This document shows, in pieces, positions 23,230-32,411 of a stretch of 64,000 nt of DNA; position 1 is the first letter of the stretch; each line of letters starts with the position of its first letter. The notes beneath the pieces are model-generated. The model saw only the letters and a list, made by a program, of their open reading frames with translations. It made no database searches and was not told the origin of the DNA. A program made the position numbers and the translations under genes. This DNA is from Escherichia phage JEP8: sequence record MT764208.1; one strand, 5' to 3'.

Positions 23230-24198
23230 TTACATCGCTAACAGAGAATCCAGGTCATCCAGATCAGAAGCGGAGGAAGTACCGCCACCCAGGTCCAGAG
23301 ATGCCATCAGATCATCAGCGGAAGAATCTAACGCCGTGCTAGCTGCGTTAATACCAACTACAGTGCTAGCTGCGGTAGTACCAGCGTCGAATGCATTCAT
23401 CTGTGCGTCAAAATCATCAAGCTGGCTGTTAATCGCTGCCGCAGCACTGGAAGCCGCAGAACCAGCTACCATAGAAACGCCCATAGTTTTCTTAAATTTG
23501 GTTTCCAGTTCATCGAACGGTTTAAACTGGCTAGGCGCTACAATCTCACTCAGATCAACCATGTTTTCCATCAGATATTTCTGATATGCTTCGTCTTCAA
23601 TTTTCGGAAGCTGTGATTGCTGCATGAAACGAGAATCATCATAGTTCTGGTGTTTATCAACCTTCTTAGCTTTCAGGAGGAAGTTAGCACCGGAGAACAC
23701 ACAAGTTACATCTACCGGAACTTCGCCCATGTCGGTATTCACGTTCACCATTGCAACGATCTTATCATAAATTTTCTGACCGAAGCGGAATTTGAATACC
23801 TTACCTTCATTTTCTGGTGCTTGAGGATCTTTCAGTACCAGAATATTTGCGTAGTAAGACGCTTTACGCTTAATCAGTTGCCATTCTGTTTTATCGGTAT
23901 TGTACAGATCTTTTTCGTTAATATATTTGCACACAGGGCAAGAATCAAAATCACCGTGGGTGCTGGAGCAGTTTTCCCAATACCATTTGCCATTAACTTT
24001 GAAGGAATGGTTTACCAGTTTCACAATCGGCAGACCGTCTTCTGTCTTAGACGGCAGGAAGCGAATCAGGGCTTCACCGTTACCTGCTGCATCAGTCTTA
24101 ATCTTCCACTCTTTCGGATCTTCTTTGGAGAAACCGTTGCCACCTTTCAGTGCGGCCAGTTGAGCTTGCAGTTTGGAAGAATCTTGGCGTTTAAACAT
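23230..24198 (-). CDS. 32: single-stranded DNA-binding protein (T4 gp32 homolog)
   Basis: MFKRQ...[11 protein letters not shown]...LIRFLPSK...[36 protein letters not shown] matches T4 gp32; track start GTG trimmed to ATG 24198. Confidence 0.93.
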   Translation of the reverse strand: MFKRQDSSKLQAQLAALKGGNGFSKEDPKEWKIKTDAAGNGEALIRFLPSKTEDGLPIVKLVNHSFKVNGKWYWENCSSTHGDFDSCPVCKYINEKDLYNTDKTEWQLIKRKASYYANILVLKDPQAPENEGKVFKFRFGQKIYDKIVAMVNVNTDMGEVPVDVTCVFSGANFLLKAKKVDKHQNYDDSRFMQQSQLPKIEDEAYQKYLMENMVDLSEIVAPSQFKPFDELETKFKKTMGVSMVAGSAASSAAAAINSQLDDFDAQMNAFDAGTTAASTVVGINAASTALDSSADDLMASLDLGGGTSSASDLDDLDSLLAM

Positions 24199-24234
24199 AT
24201 TCACTATTCCTTCTTTTGATTAATTTACTAGACT

Positions 24235-24262
24235 ATTATACAGATTTAAATTTACTTGTCAA
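24235..24262 (-). promoter_or_regulatory. promoter TTGACA-N16-TATAAT upstream of gene 32
   Basis: overlaps the gene 59 stop. Confidence 0.55.
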
Positions 24263-24939
24263 CTATTTGTTTCGGCTTTTAATTGAGATATTTCTTTACA
24301 CTCTTTAACTACTTTAACAAATAATGCTCTTGCTTTTGCGGCGTCAATAACAAGTAGTTTCTTGTACGCCTTCATTTTAACACTATAAGTTTGCCAAATC
24401 AAGTCTTTGGCTACCTTGTCGTGTGCGTCGATTATATTTAGAAAGCTATCTAACAACATAAACGACTCAAACGATATAATCCGATTTTGCAGTAGTTTAA
24501 AGATACCGCTAGTTTCGGTTGCGGGATTGTATGTAATTAGCTCTTTAAGAGTAACCCCGCGTTTCTCTGAGAAGTATACCAGACTTTTAATGTCATCGTC
24601 AAATCGTGTTGCTGCATCGGTTATCTTTCCTATGTATTCCATATAAAAGCCGTATGCGTCAACATCAGTGATTTCACCTACCCATGCATCGGTATTAGCT
24701 ACCAGATTGCTTAGGAATAGGAAGTATAATTCTCTTAGATTGTACTTTTCCGCTAATTTTGCGAAATAATACTTATCTCTGCGTTTATTGAATGCGGTAT
24801 CAGACAACCGCATCCTCCAATTGTATTTTACGCAATCATAACGCCCGTTCATGTGAGCTTTCATCATGCAATATAACATATACACAGATTTAGCATTAAT
24901 TCGCATATCTGGATCTGGAGGAAGACGGTTTCTGATCAT
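24259..24939 (-). CDS. 59: helicase loader (T4 gp59 homolog)
   Basis: GKSVYMLY..MK.HMNGRYD..KYNW.MR.SD.A..KRRDKYYF and LSNLVAN.DAW.G match T4 gp59. Confidence 0.9.
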   Translation of the reverse strand: MIRNRLPPDPDMRINAKSVYMLYCMMKAHMNGRYDCVKYNWRMRLSDTAFNKRRDKYYFAKLAEKYNLRELYFLFLSNLVANTDAWVGEITDVDAYGFYMEYIGKITDAATRFDDDIKSLVYFSEKRGVTLKELITYNPATETSGIFKLLQNRIISFESFMLLDSFLNIIDAHDKVAKDLIWQTYSVKMKAYKKLLVIDAAKARALFVKVVKECKEISQLKAETNS

Positions 24940-24948
24940 ACATACCCC

Positions 24949-25218
24949 TTAAATATCGAGAGTGTTGGTCGGTTCGTCGATCACTCCCTTCCTGAGCGTT
25001 CTATTTACTATACATTCTTGTGTGATCTTGTCAATAATGGACACCGGAATATACTTCTGATAGTGACCATATTCTATAGAGTTTTCCTCTACAAACTGAG
25101 TTGTCGCTTCAAGATAAGTCAATCCCTCTTCAACAACCAGTTTTTCGATTGCAAGACCGTTTGCTGTTTTATTCGCGGCTTTTACCGCATGTTCATTAAG
25201 CATTGAACACCCGATCAT
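24949..25218 (-). CDS. 33: late-transcription accessory protein (T4 gp33 homolog)
   Basis: IEKLVVEEGLTYLEATTQFVEENSI matches T4 gp33 central block; position between 59 and dsbA. Confidence 0.8.
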   Translation of the reverse strand: MIGCSMLNEHAVKAANKTANGLAIEKLVVEEGLTYLEATTQFVEENSIEYGHYQKYIPVSIIDKITQECIVNRTLRKGVIDEPTNTLDI

Positions 25219-25471
25219 AGAGTTCTACTGCCTCATCGCGTTCTGCTTCGAAGGTTTCGCGCTGTTGCTGGTGATACAGTTTAAACAGAATGCCCCACAT
25301 TTTACCATCTACGCCTAATTCTTCTTTAGCACGCTGCTTGATCTCTTTGATCTTATCGCCATATGCTTCTTGAATGGTTTTCTGATCGCTGGCTTCTTTA
25401 ATCAGTTGTGCCAGGGTATTTCCGTGCACTGCTTCGTCAAATACTACTTTTTCTTTTTTCTGTTCAGCCAT
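25196..25471 (-). CDS. dsbA: dsDNA-binding protein DsbA
   Basis: FDEAVHG..LAQLIKEASD...ELGVDGKM...FEAERDEAVELYD.VF matches T4 DsbA. Confidence 0.8.
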   Translation of the reverse strand: MAEQKKEKVVFDEAVHGNTLAQLIKEASDQKTIQEAYGDKIKEIKQRAKEELGVDGKMWGILFKLYHQQQRETFEAERDEAVELYDRVFNA

Positions 25472-25475
25472 AATA

Positions 25476-26072
25476 TTAACCCTCTTTCGTCATTAATTGA
25501 AAACCACGTTCAGCTTTTGAAATTTCGCTAGGACTTAAATCGTCACCAACATATTCTAGCATCATTTCTCGGATAATGTCAAGTGCTTTTTCATCACCTG
25601 ATTTTAACTCGAACTCAAGTTCATAGTGAGCATCTCCCATTACTTCGCCGACTTTGCAATAATAGAAAGTGTCTTTGCACATTTCCACTATAGCACCCTC
25701 AAGGTCAAGTGTCAATGACTTGCGGTATGTCATTACTTGCAACAAAGGAACTATAAGGTCGGAGTTTACGCCTAGACTATCAACATAGTGATAGAAATCA
25801 TCCATTGTTGAAAAAGTAATTTCTTCTCGGTTGAATAGTCCAGATTCACCATCACCTATTTTGACCATGATCAATGATCTATTAACGTCAAGTCGAGCAT
25901 AAATTCCTTTTCGACGCAGTGCATGATCTTCGGTATCATAATAAAATTCGTGTTTTAGAGTGTTAGCATGATCTACGATATTGTACCCGTCATACATTGC
26001 TACCCACAAATCACGGATTGTTTCTACACCATCCTGTGAATGAGCATAGTATTTTAATTCAAGTTCTTTCAT
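25476..26072 (-). CDS. CYTH-like (triphosphate tunnel metalloenzyme) domain protein
   Basis: N-terminal E-L-E-L-K-Y (ExExK), central basic LRRKGIYARL, C-terminal YELEFELK (ExExE); ~198 aa; absent at this position in T4. Confidence 0.5.
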   Translation of the reverse strand: MKELELKYYAHSQDGVETIRDLWVAMYDGYNIVDHANTLKHEFYYDTEDHALRRKGIYARLDVNRSLIMVKIGDGESGLFNREEITFSTMDDFYHYVDSLGVNSDLIVPLLQVMTYRKSLTLDLEGAIVEMCKDTFYYCKVGEVMGDAHYELEFELKSGDEKALDIIREMMLEYVGDDLSPSEISKAERGFQLMTKEG

Positions 26073-26082
26073 GTGTCAACCC

Positions 26083-27030
26083 TTAGAACTCACCAATTTT
26101 CTGCAACATTTTAACTAACGCATTTGTTACAAAATAGTTATAAATTTTACCGCGTGGTGCTGGTTTAGATTTTTCCCATGCTAACAAAATTTCATATTCG
26201 ATGTTATCGGGAATAAATTCAAAATCAATAAGTTCGCGGTTTTCGTCAAAGCGTCGTGCTTCTTCCTCTGTCATCAAAGACTTTGGATCTTCGGCATCGA
26301 AAATTTGCTCCAACCATTTGGTTGCAATTGGTTTAGCTCGTTCCCCTTCCAGTCGTGAGATAATGAAATCACTACGGCACTTGATAGAAGCTACACCGTC
26401 TTTTGCGTCACCCTTAACACATTTTACCATAAGGTCTTTGTAAGGGCTACCATATTTGCATTTCTTCCACGCTTTCTGTACTGGCGCCCACTGTTTCACG
26501 TTTTTGTATTTGTGCAACTGTGTGTAGTCACCATCGCCGGAGTTGATCAGCACCTGGCGACCTTCTACAGAAAACTTTTTAGTTAACACAGCGATTATAT
26601 CATCTGCTTCAACTTTGTCAACCTTAATAACGTGATAAGGCATGTTCTCTTTAAACTCTTCGGTGATCTTATTGATTGCAGCAAAGATCATCTCCCAATC
26701 ACGCGGATCTGCGTCTCGCTTTTCCTTACGGTTGCGTTTATAGTAAGGGGCGATATCACGTCGCCAGTAACCTTTGCTTGAATCAAAAGCAAGCACCGTA
26801 ATAGGGTATTGCTCTTTGAATTTTGTCATATTATAACGCATGGTGTCAAGAATAAGATGACGGATCATGCCTTCATTAATGGGATCTTCCGGTTTAAAGG
26901 TATGCGAGATAGTAGCAATCATAAGCTGCGACATATCAATCAAATGCACACCTTCCGGCAGTTTATCTTCTGGATCATCGAAGAAATCATTAAGTGTAGC
27001 GGTAGTTTTTGTAAACGGGTTATACGTCAT
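26083..27030 (-). CDS. rnh: RNase H / FEN-1-type 5'-3' exonuclease
   Basis: GYWRRD.A.YYK.NR, EADD.IAVL.KKFS.EG, DGD.TQLHKY.NVKQW, GDKKD.VASIK.RSDF match T4 RNase H. Confidence 0.92.
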   Translation of the reverse strand: MTYNPFTKTTATLNDFFDDPEDKLPEGVHLIDMSQLMIATISHTFKPEDPINEGMIRHLILDTMRYNMTKFKEQYPITVLAFDSSKGYWRRDIAPYYKRNRKEKRDADPRDWEMIFAAINKITEEFKENMPYHVIKVDKVEADDIIAVLTKKFSVEGRQVLINSGDGDYTQLHKYKNVKQWAPVQKAWKKCKYGSPYKDLMVKCVKGDAKDGVASIKCRSDFIISRLEGERAKPIATKWLEQIFDAEDPKSLMTEEEARRFDENRELIDFEFIPDNIEYEILLAWEKSKPAPRGKIYNYFVTNALVKMLQKIGEF

Positions 27031-27032
27031 AA

Positions 27033-27230
27033 TTAAGTTCTCTCCACTCTCACAACAACATATTCGCCAAACGAGTTAGATACTTCACGATCATACCCGT
27101 ATTTCTCCATAACTCGCAGAATTGCATTGTTTAATTCGGCGCGGAAATAATTGTAATCCTTATCAGGGATTCTGTCAACTACCCATTTTGCACCGTCTGA
27201 CAAATCAACTTTAACCATAATATATATCAT
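27033..27230 (-). CDS. hypothetical small protein (65 aa)
   Basis: ORF immediately upstream of rnh, divergent from gene 34. Confidence 0.45.
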   Translation of the reverse strand: MIYIMVKVDLSDGAKWVVDRIPDKDYNYFRAELNNAILRVMEKYGYDREVSNSFGEYVVVRVERT

Positions 27231-27258
27231 CCTCTTTTGTTTCTATCAAGCCTTATTT

Positions 27259-27266
27259 TATAAATA
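27259..27266 (+). promoter_or_regulatory. T4-type late promoter TATAAATA for gene 34
   Basis: exact TATAAATA about 28 nt upstream of the gene 34 ATG, followed by AAGGAG RBS. Confidence 0.7.
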
Positions 27267-27294
27267 TGAACATACTATAAAAGGAGACCCAATA

Positions 27295-30200
27295 ATGGCA
27301 GATTTTTCTCAACATTTCAAGGCCACATTTGGCTTTGACGCTGGTAATGAAAAGGTCGTCAATGTAGCATTGGCTGATAAGAATGTCAACACCGATGCGG
27401 TCAACGTTGAATTTTTCAATTACCATAATGGTATTACTCAGTATGACACAACTCGCGGTTATGATCAATACGGAACTACAATCTATCAAAACCGTCCGTA
27501 TTATGCAAAAGAAGATATCACAAAACCAGCAGGTGATTTTGACCCGACTAAATGGCAAGCACTGCGCACGGACCCACGTTGGGATTATATTGCAGCAACT
27601 TCCGGTGATACTCCTTTACAGTCTGGTGATTATATCGCAGCAGATGGTCAATTTGCAAACTTGACTTTCTCTATGCCAACTAAACCAGCAGAGGGAGACA
27701 CTATAACAGTAAAAGATATCGGTGGCAAGTGTGGTGTTAACGAATTATCGTTCTTGAGTTCAGGACATGAGTTTTACCATAACGGTAATGTGTATAACCG
27801 AAAATGGTATTGCACTACCCCGTATGCAATGAACTATTTCATCTTTGTTCGTAATCGTTGGCATGTTTATCAGACAGGAACAGAGCCACGCGGTGTGTAC
27901 GCACAGCCAGCGATTGATGCTATTCAAATGCAGAATGGTGATCAGGTCTTTCGTCGTAGTTCGTTGGGTAATATTACCTTAGTGCTTCCTAAGTTTGCCA
28001 ACAATGGCGACATGATCCAGACTACAGACCTTGACGGATTAACCGCAACCAACCACGTTACGGTTAAAGTTCATGAGCACGCAGAAGAACAATCAATTGG
28101 CACGTCCGGTCTAAAAGAGATTATCGGTAAGCGTAGCGGTCATGGTGTATTCATCTTTGACAAGACGGAAAACTTATGGCGTTTGTGGGATGGTGATCAG
28201 TCTGTTCGTCTTAAACCGATCATCGATGACACTCGCTTGCAACCTAATAGCTATGTTGCTGTATTTGGTGGTCGTGATGTTACTCTGACGCTGCCGACCA
28301 ATGTCGAGCCGGGTGATCGTATTCAAGTTTCTATGCAGTATATGCACGGAAACCAGAATTGCCGTATTATCACCCCCACAGAGGATACAAAAATCCTTAT
28401 GCAGAAAAACATGGTTCAGTTTCCTAAGCGTAGCGAGTACCCATTCAATGGGACCGATACATGGACTGGAGTGTCTGAATTGTCTTTCAACGCTGCAAAT
28501 GATTATGTACCTTATCTGGAGTTCTCTTATTCAGAAGGTGATGATGGTAAGAAATACTGGTTGGTGGCACATGCTCACCCGATTGTAGAACGAGTAGATC
28601 CGACTCGTAAAGACCGTGTTGGTGTAATTGCACTGGCTACCCAGGATGAAACAAACAAAAACCATGAAGATAATCCTAGCGACGAAGTTGCGGTGACTCC
28701 AAAGGTTCTGGCTAATAAAACAGCCAACGAAACTCGACGCGGTATTGCTCGCATTGCAACTCAAGCGGAAACGCATCAAGATACTGGTTCCAACTTCCTG
28801 GATGATGTTATCGTTACGCCTAAAAAGTTAAATGACTGTGTTGCTACCGAAGCCCGTCGTGGTGTGATGGAAATTGCAACCCAGCACGAAACCAATGAAG
28901 GTTTAGACGATACCCGCGCTATTACTCCTAAGAAATTAGAAGAACGTCGCGCTTCCGAAGATCTCGCTGGTATTGCTGAAATTGTTCAGGTTGGCGGTAG
29001 TGCTGCCGCTCGACGTGGCGAAGCTGGTACAGGGATCTATAACATCAACGACCATGCTAAAATTGTTACGCCAAAAAACATCAACGAGGTCAAGGCGACC
29101 GAAACTTCCCGTGGTGTTGGCTATCTGGCAACTGACGCGGAAGTGCAAGGGGCTACAGAATCAACCCCGCAAGATGCTTTACTAATCACGACTCGCACGC
29201 TAACGAAACGTACTGCTACCGAATCGCGCACTGGTATCGCTGAAATTGCAACTCAGGAAGAAACAAACTTAGGTCAAAGTGATAACCATATCATCACGCC
29301 TAAAAAGCTGCATACTCGCCGCGCAACGGAAACTTTACACGGTTTAGCAGAAATTGCAACTCAGCCGGAATTTGACGCAGGTCTTGACGATGCTCGCATT
29401 TCTACCCCATTGAAGATTAAAACCTTCTTTGAGAATGCACAGCGTTTGAAAGTAGATCCGACTCAGGGGCTTAACCTTACTGGTGATTTGTGGCAAGGTA
29501 TCATGATCCGTGGTCTGGACGCAACCGAAGACACAAAAGGTGTCGCTAAAGTTGCTACTACTCAGCTTACGGATGCTGGTCAAGATGATACTACAATCAT
29601 CACGCCTAAAAAGCTGCAAGACAAAAAGGCCACAGAAGGTAAAGAAGGTATTATCCGAGTTGGTACTCAAGCCGAAACCGTGGCTGGTACACTGGCTAAT
29701 GTAGCAATTTCTCCGAAGAACTTCAAATATGTTGTTCAGACAGAGGATACATGGAAAGCAACCGAAGCGCGTCGTGGTTTCTTGAAAGTTGCCACTCAGG
29801 AAAACTGTTTTGTTGGTGATAATCTGCAAGGTTCTACTCAAGAACTAGGAAACTACCAGCATGACGGAATTGCTGTTACTCCTAAAGGATTAAACTACGC
29901 TCTTGCTAATTTCTTACCTAAGATGGCAACCGCTCAGAATAGTTTGAAATTGGGTAACGTAGAGGCCGCTAAATGGGCGCGTAGAGACATTGACCAGACC
30001 ATAGAGAGCAATTACACGTTTAATAAAAACGTTAACGTGAAGGGCGATTTAGGGTGCTTAAAATCCGGTTCCTTTGAAACTCTGTCTGTGACTAAGAACT
30101 CTACTGATGTTCCGAGTAATGGTCATCTGGTGTTGGGTGAGCGTGGAGTTGACGGTCACACCGGAATTACATTGCATGGCACAACCGCATCGGAAGGCAT

Positions 30201-31035
30201 GAAAAACTCCTGGTCTATTATCGTTGGTGGTACTGGAACGGCGCAAGCAGTTAATAGTGGCGCTATCGCTTTCGGTCAAATCAATGATGGTGGAGTCGTC
30301 GAGCATTACGCCTTTGCTATGGAACACAATGGCGACGCGACAGCATATAGAGACTTTATTGCAGGTCGCAACCTGTATGCGAAACAAGGCGGTTTATACA
30401 TTGTTGACCAGTCTAATCCGGCAATGACTCGTTCCCCAGATGGTATGCTGAATATCGGTCACGGTGGAAGTGTTAACATCAAGGCAGGTCATCAAACGTT
30501 AACTACAGAGATCGCCGGACAGAAATATCAGATCGTACACGCAGGAAACGCCGACGAAGTTCTTAACCGTCGGTTTGTTAAGAATGCTGGCGATACAATG
30601 GTCGGTAAGCTGACTATGGATAATGCGCCTATTGTTTCTGTTAAACATGAAGCTAGCGCGGCAACCGCTCCGGCAATTGGTAACATCGGTTTCTGGAATA
30701 TGCGAGTTACTACCCAGAACATCAAAGAAACTTATCCAGAGAAGAAAAACGGTACTCTGATGCAATGGGGTACTGACGCGGACGGGCTTACCCAGCTTTG
30801 GTCCCCTGATGGTACTCATAAACATTATATCCGTTCCGGTACTGGTGGTCAATGGACCGCATGGGGTGAAATTTACACCAAACAGAATAAGCCTACCGCT
30901 CAGGAAATCGGGGCAGTAGTTGCAGAAGGTGGTTTAATGAACTCTATGACGGTGCGTGACTGGATCAAGGTTGGTAATGTTAAAATCATCGCCAATAATC
31001 TGACTCGTACCGTAGATTTTATCTGGGAAGACTAA
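27295..31035 (+). CDS. 34: long tail fibre proximal subunit (T4 gp34 homolog)
   Basis: 1246 aa; extensive blocks shared with T4 gp34 (ISTPLKIKT, SPKNFK...TW.A, RRGIARIAT repeats, C-terminal VRDWIKVGNV). Confidence 0.93.
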   Translation: MADFSQHFKATFGFDAGNEKVVNVALADKNVNTDAVNVEFFNYHNGITQYDTTRGYDQYGTTIYQNRPYYAKEDITKPAGDFDPTKWQALRTDPRWDYIAATSGDTPLQSGDYIAADGQFANLTFSMPTKPAEGDTITVKDIGGKCGVNELSFLSSGHEFYHNGNVYNRKWYCTTPYAMNYFIFVRNRWHVYQTGTEPRGVYAQPAIDAIQMQNGDQVFRRSSLGNITLVLPKFANNGDMIQTTDLDGLTATNHVTVKVHEHAEEQSIGTSGLKEIIGKRSGHGVFIFDKTENLWRLWDGDQSVRLKPIIDDTRLQPNSYVAVFGGRDVTLTLPTNVEPGDRIQVSMQYMHGNQNCRIITPTEDTKILMQKNMVQFPKRSEYPFNGTDTWTGVSELSFNAANDYVPYLEFSYSEGDDGKKYWLVAHAHPIVERVDPTRKDRVGVIALATQDETNKNHEDNPSDEVAVTPKVLANKTANETRRGIARIATQAETHQDTGSNFLDDVIVTPKKLNDCVATEARRGVMEIATQHETNEGLDDTRAITPKKLEERRASEDLAGIAEIVQVGGSAAARRGEAGTGIYNINDHAKIVTPKNINEVKATETSRGVGYLATDAEVQGATESTPQDALLITTRTLTKRTATESRTGIAEIATQEETNLGQSDNHIITPKKLHTRRATETLHGLAEIATQPEFDAGLDDARISTPLKIKTFFENAQRLKVDPTQGLNLTGDLWQGIMIRGLDATEDTKGVAKVATTQLTDAGQDDTTIITPKKLQDKKATEGKEGIIRVGTQAETVAGTLANVAISPKNFKYVVQTEDTWKATEARRGFLKVATQENCFVGDNLQGSTQELGNYQHDGIAVTPKGLNYALANFLPKMATAQNSLKLGNVEAAKWARRDIDQTIESNYTFNKNVNVKGDLGCLKSGSFETLSVTKNSTDVPSNGHLVLGERGVDGHTGITLHGTTASEGMKNSWSIIVGGTGTAQAVNSGAIAFGQINDGGVVEHYAFAMEHNGDATAYRDFIAGRNLYAKQGGLYIVDQSNPAMTRSPDGMLNIGHGGSVNIKAGHQTLTTEIAGQKYQIVHAGNADEVLNRRFVKNAGDTMVGKLTMDNAPIVSVKHEASAATAPAIGNIGFWNMRVTTQNIKETYPEKKNGTLMQWGTDADGLTQLWSPDGTHKHYIRSGTGGQWTAWGEIYTKQNKPTAQEIGAVVAEGGLMNSMTVRDWIKVGNVKIIANNLTRTVDFIWED

Positions 31036-31040
31036 TTAAA

Positions 31041-31056
31041 GGGGGCGAAAGCCCCC
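31041..31056 (+). promoter_or_regulatory. RNA stem-loop GGGGGCGAAAGCCCCC (GAAA tetraloop) between genes 34 and 35
   Basis: perfect 6-bp GC stem with GNRA loop immediately after gene 34 stop; same element recurs at 6192-6207 and 18921-18936. Confidence 0.55.
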
Positions 31057-31068
31057 TATGGGGTTATT

Positions 31069-32208
31069 ATGACACAAGATATAGAATTACGCAACACTGG
31101 AATTAGGTTTGCGCATTTCGATGAGGACTCCGCGACATTTACCAGCATTTCAGAAAACAACTCTGTGATGTATAAGCTGGAAGTGCGCGGATCTAATGCG
31201 GATTCTACCAAACCAGCAAGGATTAGATTTAATGGAGTGGAGATCGTTGGCACTGGCTATGAAAATGGCCTAAATTTTAAAGTTCTTACTCCAACTGGAC
31301 AACTACACGAAGAAAAGGTATTCTATGGTCGCGGTGCTGTTTTGGCAATGCGTGATTATCTTTCTTTGCTGAAAGGTGACTATATCATTGCGATGGCAAC
31401 GCATGGAGAATTGTTTGCAGATCCGGTAAGTGATGTTGTATTTTCTAAGCTGGGTTCTGTATCATTCCCGAATCACATTTTGTTACAGCAAATGCCTCGT
31501 GTATCCTATGCAGCAATTTATTCTACGAAAATGGGTAAAATTGTGTGCGAAGGTATGCAAGCGACCCACGGGGAAGGACAAGATTCATCTATACAAATTG
31601 AGAAAGTCTATGATACTATAGATGATCTTGCTATAACAGGAACACCACAACGATTTTTAGATTATCCGGTTGAGTATGTTAGCGAAGATGCCGAACATTT
31701 CGAGCTAATACAATGGCCTCACGATGAGATCAGCGCCCCACTTGAGGATTTTAACATAAAGGCAGGTGACAAACTATCAATATCCTTTGAATTGTTCCGT
31801 GATAGTGCCGCAGCCGCAGCCAACGTAACAGCGCGTTTCTATCACAACTACTTCACCGATGGACAATATAAAACTGGTGTTCGATACAATGCCAGCAAAA
31901 AAGATCAATGGGAAAAGTTTGAAGCCGTCTATACCGTACCGGAAGGAGTTGATAGTGTAGTAACTGGTTGTATCAGATATCCAACCAACTCAAATGAAGG
32001 TATTGTTAAAATTAGAAACATACTAATAACGCCGATCAGTGGAGTCGTCAAAACTACTGGTCCTACTTCATTTGGTGTTAATGGTGTTAGAACAACTCAT
32101 ATTCAGGATAACGGTGATTTTACTAACCCTGTAATGAGTCTTCTTAAGCTGCCTAGAGACAATAAACATATCACATCCAACAACTTTAAAGAGTTCGATG
32201 TTGATTAA
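31069..32208 (+). CDS. 35: long tail fibre hinge connector (T4 gp35 homolog)
   Basis: 379 aa (T4 gp35 372 aa) in the gene 35 position. Confidence 0.8.
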   Translation: MTQDIELRNTGIRFAHFDEDSATFTSISENNSVMYKLEVRGSNADSTKPARIRFNGVEIVGTGYENGLNFKVLTPTGQLHEEKVFYGRGAVLAMRDYLSLLKGDYIIAMATHGELFADPVSDVVFSKLGSVSFPNHILLQQMPRVSYAAIYSTKMGKIVCEGMQATHGEGQDSSIQIEKVYDTIDDLAITGTPQRFLDYPVEYVSEDAEHFELIQWPHDEISAPLEDFNIKAGDKLSISFELFRDSAAAAANVTARFYHNYFTDGQYKTGVRYNASKKDQWEKFEAVYTVPEGVDSVVTGCIRYPTNSNEGIVKIRNILITPISGVVKTTGPTSFGVNGVRTTHIQDNGDFTNPVMSLLKLPRDNKHITSNNFKEFDVD

Positions 32209-32218
32209 CATTTTTTTA

Positions 32219-32250
32219 CAAGCCGATCCATGTGGTCGGCTTTATTTTTA
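32219..32250 (+). terminator. putative intrinsic terminator after gene 35
   Basis: hairpin AGCCGA-N9-TCGGCT followed by TTATTTTTAT. Confidence 0.55.
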
Positions 32251-32370
32251 TACAGTTGGTTAAAATGTAACCAAAACGAAGAAAGATCTTTAGAATAATA
32301 GAAAATTTGTTTCGGTTAAAAATTAGTCAGTGCCTACGGCACGTCGCGAAGCGATATTTTGTTAACATTC

Positions 32371-32378
32371 TATAAATA
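32371..32378 (+). promoter_or_regulatory. T4-type late promoter TATAAATA for gene 36
   Basis: exact TATAAATA ~33 nt upstream of gene 36 ATG. Confidence 0.65.
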
Positions 32379-32411
32379 CTCGGAACTATAACTAATTTTT
32401 GAGGTTACTTT

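Noticed and set aside
28531-30852. Minus-strand ORFs inside tail-fibre genes 34-37 (for example 28531..28779, 29344..29841, 30058..30387, 35812..36537)
   Set aside because: Antisense to long, homology-supported late genes; low-complexity translations
32209-32411. Possible tRNA or small RNA in the 200-bp gap between genes 35 and 36
   Set aside because: No cloverleaf-compatible structure recognisable by eye; gap is explained by terminator plus late promoter
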